Part shown: piece after piece, positions 17,875 to 30,651 of the stretch
Layout of the letters: every line of letters begins with the position of its first letter
Position numbering within the stretch: the first letter of the stretch is position 1
Source of the DNA: an uncultured Actinomycetes bacterium
GTDB lineage: Bacteria; Actinomycetota; Thermoleophilia; Gaiellales; Gaiellaceae
Direction: 5' to 3'
DNA: 64,000 nucleotides
Assembly: GCA_963772975.1 (NCBI GenBank)
Contig: CAVYZH010000005.1
Location: forward strand, 142,207 to 206,206
The notes under the pieces: model-generated
Database searches by the model: none
Told to the model about the DNA's origin: nothing
What the model saw: the letters and a program-made list of their open reading frames with translations, nothing else
Made by a program: the position numbers and the translations under genes

Positions 17875-18565
17875 CGCGGCTCCTCCTCGATCGCGGACGG
17901 CCCGACTCTACTCGGGCGGCCTGGTCGAAGTAGAGGAGGCTCGCGCCCAGCACGACGATCGGCCAGAGCACGCCTTCGGAGAGCGGCCGCGCAATCTCGG
18001 CCGCCTGGCCGCTGCCCGCGTTGAGCGCGACCGCGAGCACCCGCGTCGAGAGGTAGAACAGGATCCCGAGCGCTGCCATCGTGCCGAGCGAGTGGACGTA
18101 GTCGGCGCGCCCGAGCTGGAAGCCACGCTTGAGTGAGGCGACAAAGCCGGTTCCCTCGATCACTGCTGCGGGCACTGCGAGCCCGACGAGCGCGAGCCAC
18201 GCGACCGCCGGGAGGATGTAGAGCAGCACGAGCACCGGGAACGGCAAGAACACGACGATGCCCGCCGCGAACGCGACCAACAGCCGGCGCCTGGGGATCG
18301 GCCGCTCGGCGGCGATCACCGCGGCGCCGACGTAGGTCAGCGTCAGCAGCAGCGCCCCGACCGTGACGCTGAAGATCGCGTACGTCCAGCCGTCGAACGC
18401 ACGCGCGACCGCGCCAAAGATGCCAATCGGCAGGCCGAGCGCCAGTGAGGGCCAGAACCGCCGGCCATAGAGCTTGATCGACTCGGCGACCAACTGGCCG
18501 ACCGGCCGTGTCTCCGGCGGCAGCGCGGGCGGCAGCGGCTGCTCGGGTCGACTCCTCCTCGCCAC
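17783..18565 (-). CDS. Polytopic membrane protein, unknown function
   Basis: About six hydrophobic segments. The Arg/Pro-rich tail overlaps the GYD gene start by 92 nt. Confidence 0.6.
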   Translation of the reverse strand: MARRSRPEQPLPPALPPETRPVGQLVAESIKLYGRRFWPSLALGLPIGIFGAVARAFDGWTYAIFSVTVGALLLTLTYVGAAVIAAERPIPRRRLLVAFAAGIVVFLPFPVLVLLYILPAVAWLALVGLAVPAAVIEGTGFVASLKRGFQLGRADYVHSLGTMAALGILFYLSTRVLAVALNAGSGQAAEIARPLSEGVLWPIVVLGASLLYFDQAARVESGRPRSRRSRDADLHHALEPDRSGRPDPEGEPRPAAGGQP

Positions 18566-18624
18566 GGCGCAACCGTAGCGGGGCCGGCGTCGTCCCGGCC
18601 CCGCTGCGCTTCACGCTAGTGAGC

Positions 18625-19584
18625 TCAGTTGCCGTTCAGCCGCTCGCGCGTCGTGACGTAGTGGTCGCTCGAACCTTCGCCGCCGGGCTTCGTGGAGCCG
18701 AAGTAGAGCGTCGTCCCGTCCCACGAGAGGGACGGGCGTGTCTCTGCGGCAGCGCTGTTCACGCCCGGCCCGAGGTTGACCGGGGTTGACCACGGATCGG
18801 AGCCGCTCGAGCGGGTGGCCGAGTAGAGATCCGCCATCCCGAGCGTTCCCGGCCGCGTGCTGAAGAAGAACAGCTCCAGGCCGTCACGGCGGACGTTGGG
18901 CTGGCCGTCCTCGGCCGCGCTGTTTGCCCCCACCACCAGCTCGGCAGCGGCGAACGTCCCACCGTGCGACGAGCTGACGTACAGGTCGCTGTCGCCGGCG
19001 GTCGCACCTGGGGCCTCGGCCGAGAAGCCGCCCGGACGCGTGCTCGAGAAGTAGAGCACCGGGCCCGCTCCGCGCTCGGGCAGCGGCATCGGGCTCGCCT
19101 CGTTTGCCGCGCTGTTCACGTCGCAGCCGAGGTTCGCGACCGGGTCCCACCCGTCTGGGCGGAGCCTTGTCGTGTAGACATCGTCCCCGCCGCATCCGCC
19201 CGGACGGTTGCTGACGAAGTAGAACAGGTGCCCGTCGCGGGCGATCGTCGGACAGAAGTCGTTCGCCGCGGAGTTCACCGGGGCGCCGACATTCGCCGGC
19301 GCGCCCCACGGCTCGTCGACGCTGTCCCGCGTGGCGACCCAGATGTCGATCCCGCCGAGTCCGCCCGGCCGGTTCGACGCCATGTAGAAGCGCTTCCCGT
19401 CACGCGAAACGAATGGGCAGCCGTCAAGCGCCGCGCCGTTGAACGACGGATCCGTCCCCGGAATCGACTCGACCCGGACCGCCGGCGCCCAGGACGAGAA
19501 CTCGCCTGCGGACGCCAGGGCAGCCATCGACGCAGCGACCGCCGCCAGCGTCACGAGCCCCACCGCGAGTAGTGATCTCTTCAT
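18625..19584 (-). CDS. Secreted PD40/TolB-like beta-propeller repeat protein
   Basis: ATG 19584 preceded by GGAGGAACC. Signal peptide MKRSLLAVGLVTLAAVAASMAALASA, then repeated units (P.VSRDGKRFYMASNRPGGLGGIDIW; PTIARDGHLFYFVSNRPGGCGGDDVY; etc.). Confidence 0.8.
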   Translation of the reverse strand: MKRSLLAVGLVTLAAVAASMAALASAGEFSSWAPAVRVESIPGTDPSFNGAALDGCPFVSRDGKRFYMASNRPGGLGGIDIWVATRDSVDEPWGAPANVGAPVNSAANDFCPTIARDGHLFYFVSNRPGGCGGDDVYTTRLRPDGWDPVANLGCDVNSAANEASPMPLPERGAGPVLYFSSTRPGGFSAEAPGATAGDSDLYVSSSHGGTFAAAELVVGANSAAEDGQPNVRRDGLELFFFSTRPGTLGMADLYSATRSSGSDPWSTPVNLGPGVNSAAAETRPSLSWDGTTLYFGSTKPGGEGSSDHYVTTRERLNGN

Positions 19585-19664
19585 GGTTCCTCCTTCGGGT
19601 GTCCCGATCACGCGTCGAGCCTCGCGCGGACGGCTGAGGAGTCCCTGAGGAGTCGCTGAGCGCG

Positions 19665-21569
19665 CTAGGAGTCGGTGATGCTGACCCAGACGCCGCCCGC
19701 GCCGGCGGAGATCGACGAGACGTAGAGAGGCGCCGCGCCGGTGCGTTTCTTCAGCACCGGAATGAGGCCGTCGGGGTCCCCGGTTTGCGGGCTGAAGCGC
19801 ATCACCGTGCCGCTGGGGATGTCGTGGCGCCACAGCGATCCGAACCCGACGGCGAAGTGGCCTTCCTCGGCCGGAAGTGCGTCGCGCTCGAGCTCGTTGC
19901 GAAGCGTCCGGGGATCGACGCGAACCATCAGGCCGTGCTCCCCATCCCAGGAGCAGAGCCACAGCCGTCCGAAGCCGAACGCCGGCCGGGAGACGAAGCT
20001 TCCGAACTTCGCGGTCCGGGCCTTCCCCGTCCGGAAGTCGAGCCGGTAGACCTTGGCCGAGCTCGCATTCGTGACCCAGACGAAGCCGCCGCCGACGGCC
20101 AGCCCCTGCCCCTCGGACCCGAGCATCCACGACGGGAGAGGCCGCCTGCCGAGAACGTGGCCGGTTGCGGGGTCGACGCGAAGTACGAGGCCGGTTTGCC
20201 CGCGCCTCCCGACGAGCCAGGTCGCGCCGTCGGCTACCGCGACGGCGTTCAGCTGTAGCCCATACGAGTAGGTGCGGATACCACGGCTGCCTCGTAGCAC
20301 GCGGACGAGCCGCGACCGACCGTCGTCGAGGTCGTAGCCGATCATCCAGGCGCCGCGCGTGTCAGCCGCCAGCAGCGGACCGTTCCCGAAGCCGATGTCG
20401 GTCGCGACGACGGGCAGACGCGTTGTGTGCCGAACCTCATCCGTTCGTGGGTCAACCTCGACGATCGTGTCGTCGCCGAGGTTGAAGGCCCAGACCGTCC
20501 CGCCGTGGACGGCGGTGTCGTTGGGCCGGCTCCCAACGTCGATCACGTCGTTGATCTCGTTGCTCCGAGGGTCGATCCGGACAATCGTGTTCGCTCGCGG
20601 GACGAGGGGCTCCGCAGCCGCGCCGCCCCTTCCCAGCACCGCGACGAGCAGCCCCGCGACGGCCGCTGCCGCGACCCCGGCCGCCGCGAGCGCCCAGCGG
20701 CGCCGGGGCCGAGCGTGCGGCATCAGCGCGTTCTCGGCCGCGGCCGCCAGCTGGGCGCAGGTCGCGTACCGGTCGGTCGGGTCCTTCGCCATCGCCGTTC
20801 TGATCACCGGGTCCACCGCGCCAGGCAGCTCCGGCCTGCGCTCGGACGCGGCCGGCGGCTCCTGTTCGAGGTGTGCCCAGGCGACCTCAAGCCGGGAATC
20901 GCCCGGGAACGGCGGCTCGCCAGTCAGGCTCTCGTAGAGCAGGCAGCCGAGCGAGTAGACGTCCGCTCGTCCGTCGACGTCGCCGCCCTCGATCTGCTCG
21001 GGCGCGAGGTACGCCGGCGTTCCGAGCGTGGCCGCCTCCGCCTGCAGCGACGCCACCTCCGACAGGCGGCGTGTCAGCCCGAAGTCGGCGAGGTAGACGT
21101 GCTCGTTGTCGTCGAGCAGGACGTTCGACGGCTTCACGTCCCGGTGCACGAGGCCCTTCGCGTGCGCGGCGTCGAGCGCCTGGGCGATCTGCGCGACGAT
21201 CGCCAGCGCCCGCGCCGGGTCGAGCGCTCCCTCACGCCGAAGGAGCGCGCGCAGGTCCGTGCCTTCGACCCGCCGCATCGCCAGGTACAGCCGACCTTCG
21301 GCTTCGCCGGCGTCATGGATGGGAACGACGTTTGGGTGCTCGAGCGACATCGCGAGCTCGGACTCGCGGGCGAAGCTCGCGCGGTAACGGCCGTCCCGCG
21401 CGAGCGACGGCGCCATCACCTTGAGCGCGACCCTGCGTCCCAGTCGCACGTCGTGGGCCAGGTAGACGACGCCCATTCCGCCCTGGCCGATCGGCTCCTC
21501 GATCCGGTAGTCGAGGAAATCCTGCGGGATGTTAGTGCGCGTGGTCACGAATTGCCTCGCTCCAACCAT
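19665..21569 (-). CDS. Ser/Thr protein kinase with one TM and an extracytoplasmic beta-propeller-like domain
   Basis: Internal ATG 21569 (or GTG 21548): ...YRIEEPIGQGGMGVVYLAHD...VALKVM...HRDVKPSNVLL...DFGLTR...GTPAYLAPE. Then a TM (WALAAAGVAAAAVAGLLVAVL) and about 330 aa of repeats of the ...VWV.N...V.R.DP... type. Confidence 0.9.
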   Translation of the reverse strand: MVGARQFVTTRTNIPQDFLDYRIEEPIGQGGMGVVYLAHDVRLGRRVALKVMAPSLARDGRYRASFARESELAMSLEHPNVVPIHDAGEAEGRLYLAMRRVEGTDLRALLRREGALDPARALAIVAQIAQALDAAHAKGLVHRDVKPSNVLLDDNEHVYLADFGLTRRLSEVASLQAEAATLGTPAYLAPEQIEGGDVDGRADVYSLGCLLYESLTGEPPFPGDSRLEVAWAHLEQEPPAASERRPELPGAVDPVIRTAMAKDPTDRYATCAQLAAAAENALMPHARPRRRWALAAAGVAAAAVAGLLVAVLGRGGAAAEPLVPRANTIVRIDPRSNEINDVIDVGSRPNDTAVHGGTVWAFNLGDDTIVEVDPRTDEVRHTTRLPVVATDIGFGNGPLLAADTRGAWMIGYDLDDGRSRLVRVLRGSRGIRTYSYGLQLNAVAVADGATWLVGRRGQTGLVLRVDPATGHVLGRRPLPSWMLGSEGQGLAVGGGFVWVTNASSAKVYRLDFRTGKARTAKFGSFVSRPAFGFGRLWLCSWDGEHGLMVRVDPRTLRNELERDALPAEEGHFAVGFGSLWRHDIPSGTVMRFSPQTGDPDGLIPVLKKRTGAAPLYVSSISAGAGGVWVSITDS

Positions 21570-21664
21570 ACGACGCCCCGTCACACGGGCCAACCCTCGC
21601 GGCTGGTGCTGAGCGAGCGCTGAGGAGGGGCTGAGCGACCGTGGTAGCGTCGCCCGGAGCGCAC

Positions 21665-23253
21665 GTGGAATTCCGCATTCTTGGCCCCGTGGAGGTCGTC
21701 GAGCACGGGCGCGTGCTGCCGCTCGGCGGGTCGCGGCAGCGTGCACTGCTCGCGCTGCTCCTGACGCGGGCGAACGAAGTCGTCTCGGCCGACCGGCTGA
21801 TCGACGAGCTGTGGCCGGCGGAGCCACCGCAGAACGCCTCCAACGCGCTGCAGTACCACGTGTCGCAGCTACGGAAGTCGCTCGGCGCCGACGCGATCGT
21901 CACGCAGCCACCTGGGTACGCCCTGCGCGTCGGGCCCAACGAGCTCGACCTGCTCCGCTTCGAACGGCTCGTGAGCGAGGCTGCGCGCGCGGCTCCGGAC
22001 GCCGCGTCCGAGCTGCTCCGGGAGGCGCTCGCGCTCTGGCGCGGCTCGCCGCTCGCGGACGTGGCAGACGAGCCGTTCGCGCAGACGGAGATCCCGCGGC
22101 TCGAGGAGCTGCGGGTGCGCGCCCTCGAGCTCCGGCTCGAGGCCGATCTCGGGCGCGGCCGGCACGCCGACGTCGTCGGTGAGGTCGAGGCGCTCGTTCG
22201 CGAGCATCCGTTGCGTGAACGCCCTCGCGCGGTGCTGATGCGCGCGCTCTACGGGGCGGGGAGGCATGCCGAGGCGCTCGAGGCATACCGCGACGCCCGC
22301 CGGACCTTCGTCGAGGAGCTCGGGATCGAGCCGAGCCCAGCGCTCCAGGAGCTCGAGCGGGCAATGCTCCGCCACGACCCAGAGCTCGCGCCGCCCGGCG
22401 AGGTTGTGGCGAGCCCCGCCGCGGGACCGATCGTCGCGGTCGTTCGCGAAGAGCGGCGGGCGGACGACCTCCTGGAGATCGCCGCGTCGCTTACGCGCCA
22501 GCGGGAACGCGAGCTGATCCTCGTGCGGCTCCTTCGCGACAGTGACGACCTCGCCGAGCAGCAGGCAGAGCTCGCGAGGCGACGTGAGGCGCTTGCGACA
22601 GCCGGCGTGTCGGCCCGCGTCGCGGCTTATACGAGCGCACACCCGGGCGAGGAGGCCGCGCGCCTGGCGACGGAGCAGGCGGCCGACTTCGTCCTCGTCG
22701 ACGCGCCGGCGCGGGTCCTCGAGACCGGGGTGCTCGAACCCGACCTCGAGGCCATCCTCGCGCAGACGCCCTGCGATGTCGGGATCCTCCTACCGGGCGG
22801 GCACCGCCAGGGCAGCGGCCCGGTTGTCACGCCGTTCGGCGGTGCGGAGCACGACTGGTCGGCGATCGAGGCCGCGGCCTGGCTCGCCCAGTCACTCGGG
22901 ACGGCTCTACGGCTCCTCGGGACGGAGGCCGACCCTTCGGAAGGACGGCGCGACGCGAGCCGGCTGCTCGCGCGGGCCTCGCTGCTCGTCCAGCAGGTGA
23001 TCGGGATCACGACGGAACCGATGCTTGTGCCGGCGGGCGAGCATGGCGTGCTCGAGGCGGCGCGGGACGCGCAGCTGCTCGTCGTGGGCCTGTCCGAGCG
23101 CTGGCGGAGCGAGGGCATCGGGCGCACACGCCTCGCCGTTGCCGCAGGAGCGGGCGTGCCGACGCTGTTCGTCCGGCGCGGCGTGCGCCCGGGCGGAGTC
23201 GCCCCCTCGGGGACGCTCACGCGCTTCACGTGGACGCTGACCGGAACGCCGAG

Positions 23254-23257
<4 letters not shown>
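21665..23257 (+). CDS. SARP-family regulator (OmpR-type wHTH + BTAD) fused to a tandem USP-like domain
   Basis: GTG 21665: [11 protein letters not shown]...[11 protein letters not shown]...[13 protein letters not shown]...GYAL. BTAD: [12 protein letters not shown]...[32 protein letters not shown]. The C-terminal ~270 aa resembles the USP-like regulatory tail of actinobacterial cation/H+ antiporters (...ADFVLVDAP...CDVGILL...[16 protein letters not shown]...[14 protein letters not shown]...TRFTW). Confidence 0.85.
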
Positions 23258-25700
<2,443 letters not shown>

Positions 25701-25719
<19 letters not shown>

Positions 25720-26081
25720 TTTCGCTCCGGTAGTTGGGTTTGGTCGTAGAGAACGAGGTCGCGGCGGTACTCCTTGTGCACCTGCGCGACCGCCTCGCGC
25801 ATCTCGCGCTCGAGGCGCTCCATCCGTGACTGCATCCGCTGCAGCTGCTCCTCGAGGCCGAGCACGGCCTCGACGCCCTTTAGGTTGAGCCCGAGCTCAC
25901 CCGTCAGCCGCTGGATCAGGCGCAGACGCTCGAGGTCGGCCTCCGAGTAGAGACGCGTGTTTCCGGCGGTGCGCTGCGGCTGGACGAGGCCCTTTTGCTC
26001 GTACATGCGCAGGGTCTGCGGGTGCATGCCGACGAGCTCGGCTGCGACGGAGATCATGTAGCGCGGGCGCTCGTCGATCAC
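25701..26081 (-). CDS. hspR: MerR-family heat-shock repressor HspR
   Basis: [52 protein letters not shown]. Located between dnaJ and clpB. Confidence 0.9.
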
Positions 26082-26269
26082 ACTCGCCCCCGGTGGACGC
26101 GCACGGCGTTGTCGACCAGCACGAACAGTCCGACGACGACGAGCAGGGTGGCCACCAGCCAGAGCGGGTTGATCCAGCCCGGTCGCGGCTGGTCGTACGC
26201 GAGCTGCGAGATCCCCGCAGCGAGGTAGAGGGCCAGCCCGCTCAGGAAGCTGACGAGCCCGACTCTCAT
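26078..26269 (-). CDS. Small two-TM protein (63 aa) inside the heat-shock operon
   Basis: ATG 26269 overlaps the dnaJ stop (ATGA), and its stop overlaps the hspR GTG (GTGA). [52 protein letters not shown].... Confidence 0.45.
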   Translation of the reverse strand: MRVGLVSFLSGLALYLAAGISQLAYDQPRPGWINPLWLVATLLVVVGLFVLVDNAVRVHRGRV

Positions 26270-27330
26270 CCGCTCGCCTCGCGCAGCGCCTCGATCGCCT
26301 CGCGCTCGGCCTTCGAGAGCTTCTTCGGCACCGTCAGCTTCACGCGCGCGAGGACGTTGCCGCGGCCGGAGCCCTTCAGCTTCGGCGCGCCCTTGCCCTT
26401 CACACGCAGCAGCGTGCCGTCCTCCGTGCCCGGCTTGACCTTCACGGTCACCGGCCCGTCCGGGGTCGGCACCTGCACCTTGGCGCCGAGCGTGGCCTCG
26501 GGGTAGGTGACCGGCACCTCGACGACGAGGTCGTCGCCGCGGCGGGTGTAGGTGTCCGACGGCGCGACGCGCGTGACGACGTAGAGGTCGCCCGCCTCGG
26601 CGCCGCCCCAGCCCGCCTCGCCCTTGCCGCGCAGACGGATCTTCGAGCCGTCCTTGACGCCCGCGGGGATCTTCACCGTGTAGCGCTTGGTGCGCCGCTC
26701 GCGGCCGGTGCCGCGGCAGTTCGGGCACGGCTCCTCGATCACGGTGCCGTTCCCGCGGCAGCGCGGGCACGGCTGCGAGAGGGCGAACAGGCCCTGGCTC
26801 TCCGAGATCACGCCGCGGCCATGGCATTCGGGACAGAGCACCGGCGCGGTCCCGGGCCTCGCGCCCGAGCCGTTGCACTCGCGGCAGGCGGTCTCGAGCT
26901 CGACCGGGATCGTCGTCTCGACGCCCTTGAGCGCGTCGTCGAACGAGAGCCGCACCTCGACCTCGAGGTCGCTCCCGCGCTGCCCGCGCGGCTGCTGCTG
27001 CGCACGCCCGCGGGCGCCGAAGAGCCCGCCGAAGATGTCGCCCAGATCGCCCAGGTCGGCGAAGTCGAAGCCCTCGAAGTTAACCCCGCCCGGGCCGGGC
27101 CCGCGGCCGTTCTGCGAGCCGAAGCGGTCGTACTGCTTCCGCTTCTCGGGATCCGAGAGCACGTCGTACGCGCCCTGGACCTCCTTGAAGCGCTCCTCGG
27201 CGGAGTCGTCGCCCGGGTTCGCGTCCGGGTGGTACTGGCGCGCGAGCTTGCGGTACGCCTTCTTGATCTCGTCCTGGCTCGCGGTCTTCGAGACGCCGAG
27301 CGTCCCGTACAGATCCTTAACTGCCGCCAT
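26266..27330 (-). CDS. dnaJ: Molecular chaperone DnaJ
   Basis: J domain ([16 protein letters not shown]), G/F region and CxxCxGxG zinc-finger repeats. Confidence 0.95.
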   Translation of the reverse strand: MAAVKDLYGTLGVSKTASQDEIKKAYRKLARQYHPDANPGDDSAEERFKEVQGAYDVLSDPEKRKQYDRFGSQNGRGPGPGGVNFEGFDFADLGDLGDIFGGLFGARGRAQQQPRGQRGSDLEVEVRLSFDDALKGVETTIPVELETACRECNGSGARPGTAPVLCPECHGRGVISESQGLFALSQPCPRCRGNGTVIEEPCPNCRGTGRERRTKRYTVKIPAGVKDGSKIRLRGKGEAGWGGAEAGDLYVVTRVAPSDTYTRRGDDLVVEVPVTYPEATLGAKVQVPTPDGPVTVKVKPGTEDGTLLRVKGKGAPKLKGSGRGNVLARVKLTVPKKLSKAEREAIEALREASG

Positions 27331-27808
27331 CGTCCTCCCGCGGCGCGGCGACCACCACGCGGGCCGGCCGCAGCACGCGGTCGCCCAGCCGGTAGCCCTT
27401 CTGCACCACTTCGAGCACGGAGCCCTCGTCCTGGTCGGACGGCTGCGAGAGCAGCGCCTCGTGGACGTGCGGGTCGAAGACGCCGTTCGTCTCGATCTCG
27501 GCGAGCCCCTCGCGCGCGAGCGCGTCCGCGAGCTCGCGGTGCACGAGCCTCACGCCCTCCTCGAGCGTTGCCTCCTCGTGCTCCTCGGCGGCCGCGAGGG
27601 CCCGCTCGAGGTCGTCGAGCACGGGCAGCAGCTCCTTGACGAGCCGCTCGTGGGCCCGCGCGACCAGGCTCTCCTGGTCGCGCAGGACCCGCTTGCGGTA
27701 GTTCTCGAACTCGGCCGCGACCCGCTTGAGGTCGTTCAGGTGCTCGTCGCGCTCAGCCTCGAGCGCCGCGAGCTGCTCCTCGAGCGTGAGCTCACGCTCC
27801 TCGGTCAC
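27317..27808 (-). CDS. grpE: Nucleotide exchange factor GrpE
   Basis: ...[13 protein letters not shown]...VLDDLERAL...[12 protein letters not shown]. Confidence 0.95.
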   Translation of the reverse strand: MTEERELTLEEQLAALEAERDEHLNDLKRVAAEFENYRKRVLRDQESLVARAHERLVKELLPVLDDLERALAAAEEHEEATLEEGVRLVHRELADALAREGLAEIETNGVFDPHVHEALLSQPSDQDEGSVLEVVQKGYRLGDRVLRPARVVVAAPREDDGGS

Positions 27809-29706
27809 GAGGTCTTGGCCTCCTCGTCGACGACCTCGGCGTCCTCGATCACCTCGTCGTCGGAGTCGGTCTCACCGTTGCCGGACGCCTGCGCCTGCTG
27901 CGCGGACGCCTGCGCGTAGACCGCCTCGGCGAGCTTCTGCGAGGCCTCCTGGAGCGCGTCCGTCTTGGAACGGATCTCGCTCAGGTCGTCGGTCTCGAGC
28001 ACCTGCTTGAGCTCCATCACGCGGCCCTCGATGGTCGAGGCCTCGCTCTCGTCAAGCTTCTCGCGGTGCTCCTTGAGGCTCTTCTCGGTCGCGTACGCGA
28101 GCGACTCGGCCACGTTCTTGGCGTCGGCCAGCTCGCGCAGGTGATGTGCCTCGTCGGCGTGCGCCTCCGCGTCCTTGATCATCTGCTCGACCTCCTCCGG
28201 CTTCAGGCCCGAGCCGCCTTCGATCTTGATCTGCTGCTCGTTCCCGGTGCCGTGATCCTTGGCCGAGACGTTGATGATCCCGTTCGCGTCGATGTCGAAT
28301 GTGACCTCGATCTGCGGCGTGCCCCGCATCGCCGGCGGGATGCCGACGAGCTGGAACTTGCCGAGCGTCTTGTTGTAGAGCGCCATCTCCGACTCGCCCT
28401 GGAGCACGTGCACCTCGACCGAAGGCTGGTTGTCCTCGGCCGTCGTGAACGTCTCCGACTTCTTGGTCGGGATGGTCGTGTTGCGCTCGATCAGGCGTGT
28501 GAAGACGCCGCCCTTGGTCTCGATCCCCAGCGACAGCGGGGTGACGTCGAGCAGGAGCACGTCCTTGACCTCGCCCTTGAGCACGCCGCCCTGGATGGCC
28601 GCGCCGACGGCGACGACCTCGTCCGGGTTGACGCCCTTGTGCGGGTCCTTGCCGATCAAGGCCTTGACCTTCTCCTGCACGGCGGGCATGCGAGTCATAC
28701 CGCCCACCAGCACGACGTGGTCGATCGCCGACGCATCGATGCCCGCGTCCGCGAGCACCTGCTTCGTCGGGCCGACGGTCCGCTCGAGCAGCTCGGCGGT
28801 CAGCTCGTCGAGCTTCGCGCGCGTGAGCGTCAGGTCGAGGTGCTTCGGGCCCTCCGGGGTGGCGGTGACGAACGGCAGGTTGATCTGCGTCGTCATCGTC
28901 GAGGAGAGCTCGATCTTGGCCCGCTCGGCGGCCTCGTAGAGCCGCTGCAAGGCCATCTTGTCCTGTGCCAGGTCGATGCCCTGGTCGCGCTTGAACTCGG
29001 CGGCCATCCAGTCGACGATCGCCTTGTCGAAGTTGTCGCCGCCGAGGTGGTTGTCGCCGTTGGTGGCCTTCACCTCGAAGACGCCCTCGCCGAGCTCGAG
29101 CACCGACACGTCGAACGTACCGCCGCCGAGGTCGAAGACGAGAATCGTGTGGTCGGAGGCCTCCTTGTCGAGGCCGTACGCGAGCGCCGCGGCGGTCGGC
29201 TCGTTGATGATCCGGAGGACGTTGAGCCCGGCGACCTTGCCGGCGTCCTTCGTCGCCTCGCGCTGCGCGTTGTTGAAGTAGGCCGGGACGGTGACCACCG
29301 CGTCGGTGACCGCCTCGCCGAGGTACGCCTCGGCGTCGGCCTTCAGCTTCTGGAGGATCATCGCGCTGATCTCCGGCGGGGCGTAGTCCTTGCCCTCCGC
29401 CTTGACGCGCACGTCGCCGTTCGGGCCCTCCACGACCTCGTACGGGACGATCTTCATCTCCTCGTTCACCTCGCCGAACTTGCGGCCCATGAAGCGCTTG
29501 ATCGAGAAGATCGTGTTCTGCGGGTTCGTCACCTGCTGGCGCTTCGCGGGCGCCCCGACGAGCCGCTGGCCGTCGCTCGTGAACGCCACCACGGACGGCG
29601 TCGTGCGGCCGCCCTCGGCGTTCGGAATCACGGCCGGCTCGCCGCCCTCGATCACAGCCATCGCAGAGTTGGTCGTGCCGAGGTCGATGCCGATCGTTTT
29701 CGCCAT
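27805..29706 (-). CDS. dnaK: Molecular chaperone DnaK (Hsp70)
   Basis: [18 protein letters not shown]...[12 protein letters not shown]...[19 protein letters not shown] upstream. Confidence 0.97.
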   Translation of the reverse strand: MAKTIGIDLGTTNSAMAVIEGGEPAVIPNAEGGRTTPSVVAFTSDGQRLVGAPAKRQQVTNPQNTIFSIKRFMGRKFGEVNEEMKIVPYEVVEGPNGDVRVKAEGKDYAPPEISAMILQKLKADAEAYLGEAVTDAVVTVPAYFNNAQREATKDAGKVAGLNVLRIINEPTAAALAYGLDKEASDHTILVFDLGGGTFDVSVLELGEGVFEVKATNGDNHLGGDNFDKAIVDWMAAEFKRDQGIDLAQDKMALQRLYEAAERAKIELSSTMTTQINLPFVTATPEGPKHLDLTLTRAKLDELTAELLERTVGPTKQVLADAGIDASAIDHVVLVGGMTRMPAVQEKVKALIGKDPHKGVNPDEVVAVGAAIQGGVLKGEVKDVLLLDVTPLSLGIETKGGVFTRLIERNTTIPTKKSETFTTAEDNQPSVEVHVLQGESEMALYNKTLGKFQLVGIPPAMRGTPQIEVTFDIDANGIINVSAKDHGTGNEQQIKIEGGSGLKPEEVEQMIKDAEAHADEAHHLRELADAKNVAESLAYATEKSLKEHREKLDESEASTIEGRVMELKQVLETDDLSEIRSKTDALQEASQKLAEAVYAQASAQQAQASGNGETDSDDEVIEDAEVVDEEAKTS

Positions 29707-29734
29707 GCTACTACTCCTTCGTTGTTAGAAAATC

Positions 29735-30599
29735 TCAGTCAGATGGTAGCAAGCTGCGCAGGAACCGCGCAGCCGTCGGCTCTGCAAGCACGATGCCGGC
29801 GAGGATCACCGCACACCCGCCCCAACCGAGCCAGCCGAGCCGGTCGTCGGCGAGCCAGTAGCCGAAGATTCCGGCGAAGACGGTCTCGAGTGAGAAGACG
29901 ATCGCGATCCGCGCCGCCGAGATGCGCCGCTGCGCCCAGACCTGGATCAGGTAGGCGAGCGCGCTGGCGAAGACGCCGGTCACGATCAGCGCGCCCCAGA
30001 CCGTGCGGCCGTGCGGCACCTCCAGCTCGCCGAGCGCGAGGGCGATCACCAGGAAACCGGCCAAGCACGCGGCCATCTGCACCAGCGTCAGAGCAACCGC
30101 GTCATAGCGCGTGGCGTAGCGCTCGACCATCAGGATCTGCAGCGCCTGGGCGGCGGCGGAAGCGAGCACGAGCAGGTCGCCGGTGGGTGACCCGATGTCC
30201 ACGCCGCTGAGCAGCGCGAGCCCCACGACGGACAGCGCGACGCCGGCCCAGACCTCGAGTCCCACGGTCGTGCGAAAGAGCAGCAGCCCGAAGAGCGGCG
30301 TCAGGACGACGTAGAGCCCGGTGATGAAGCCGGTGCTCGAAACCGTTGTCCGCTCGAGCCCGGCGGTCTGCAGCCCGATCCCCAGCCCGAGGAGCCCACC
30401 GAGCACGCACGCCCGCGGCGAGCCCGGAGCGCCCGAGCGTGAGCACGCGCCGTGCACCCACGACCCCGAGCACGCCGGTCGCGATCGCGTAGCGCACGGC
30501 CAGGAACGCGAACAGCGGGTAGACGTCGACGGCGTCCTTGACCTGCACGAAGGTGATGCCCCAGACGGCGGTGACCGCGATCAGCGCGAGGAGCGGCAC
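29735..30599 (-). pseudogene. EamA/DMT-family transporter split by a frameshift at a GTGCGTGC repeat
   Basis: N-terminus in track ORF 30102..30599 (MPLLALIAVTAVWGITFVQVKDAV...LTLGRSGLAAGV). The rest is in ORF 29735..30457 (..VLGGLLGLGIGLQTAGLERTTVSSTGFITGLYVV...). Span is 865 nt (3n+1). Removing one GTGC at about 30403-30410 restores AAGVLGGLLGLG. Confidence 0.8.
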
Positions 30600-30651
30600 C
30601 GCGCGAGTCTAGGAGGGCATGACCATCGGAAACCTCCGCTAGGCTGGGCAC

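Noticed and set aside
29733-29753. HspR operator (HAIR, CTTGAGT-N7-ACTCAAG) upstream of dnaK
   Set aside because: The minus strand reads CTTGCTA-CCATCTG-ACTGAGA. It has 7-7-7 spacing, but each half matches only 4/7 and the halves are not an inverted repeat of each other. A weak TTGCTA-17-TCTAAC promoter-like pattern overlaps it, but that is not convincing either.
28066-30210. 714-aa plus-strand ORF
   Set aside because: Antisense shadow of dnaK and the EamA gene.
30560-30651. Molybdenum-cofactor (Moco) riboswitch upstream of moaA
   Set aside because: Only 52 nt of intergenic space are available, against roughly 130 nt for the motif. I could not recognise the conserved Moco core, only a simple hairpin.
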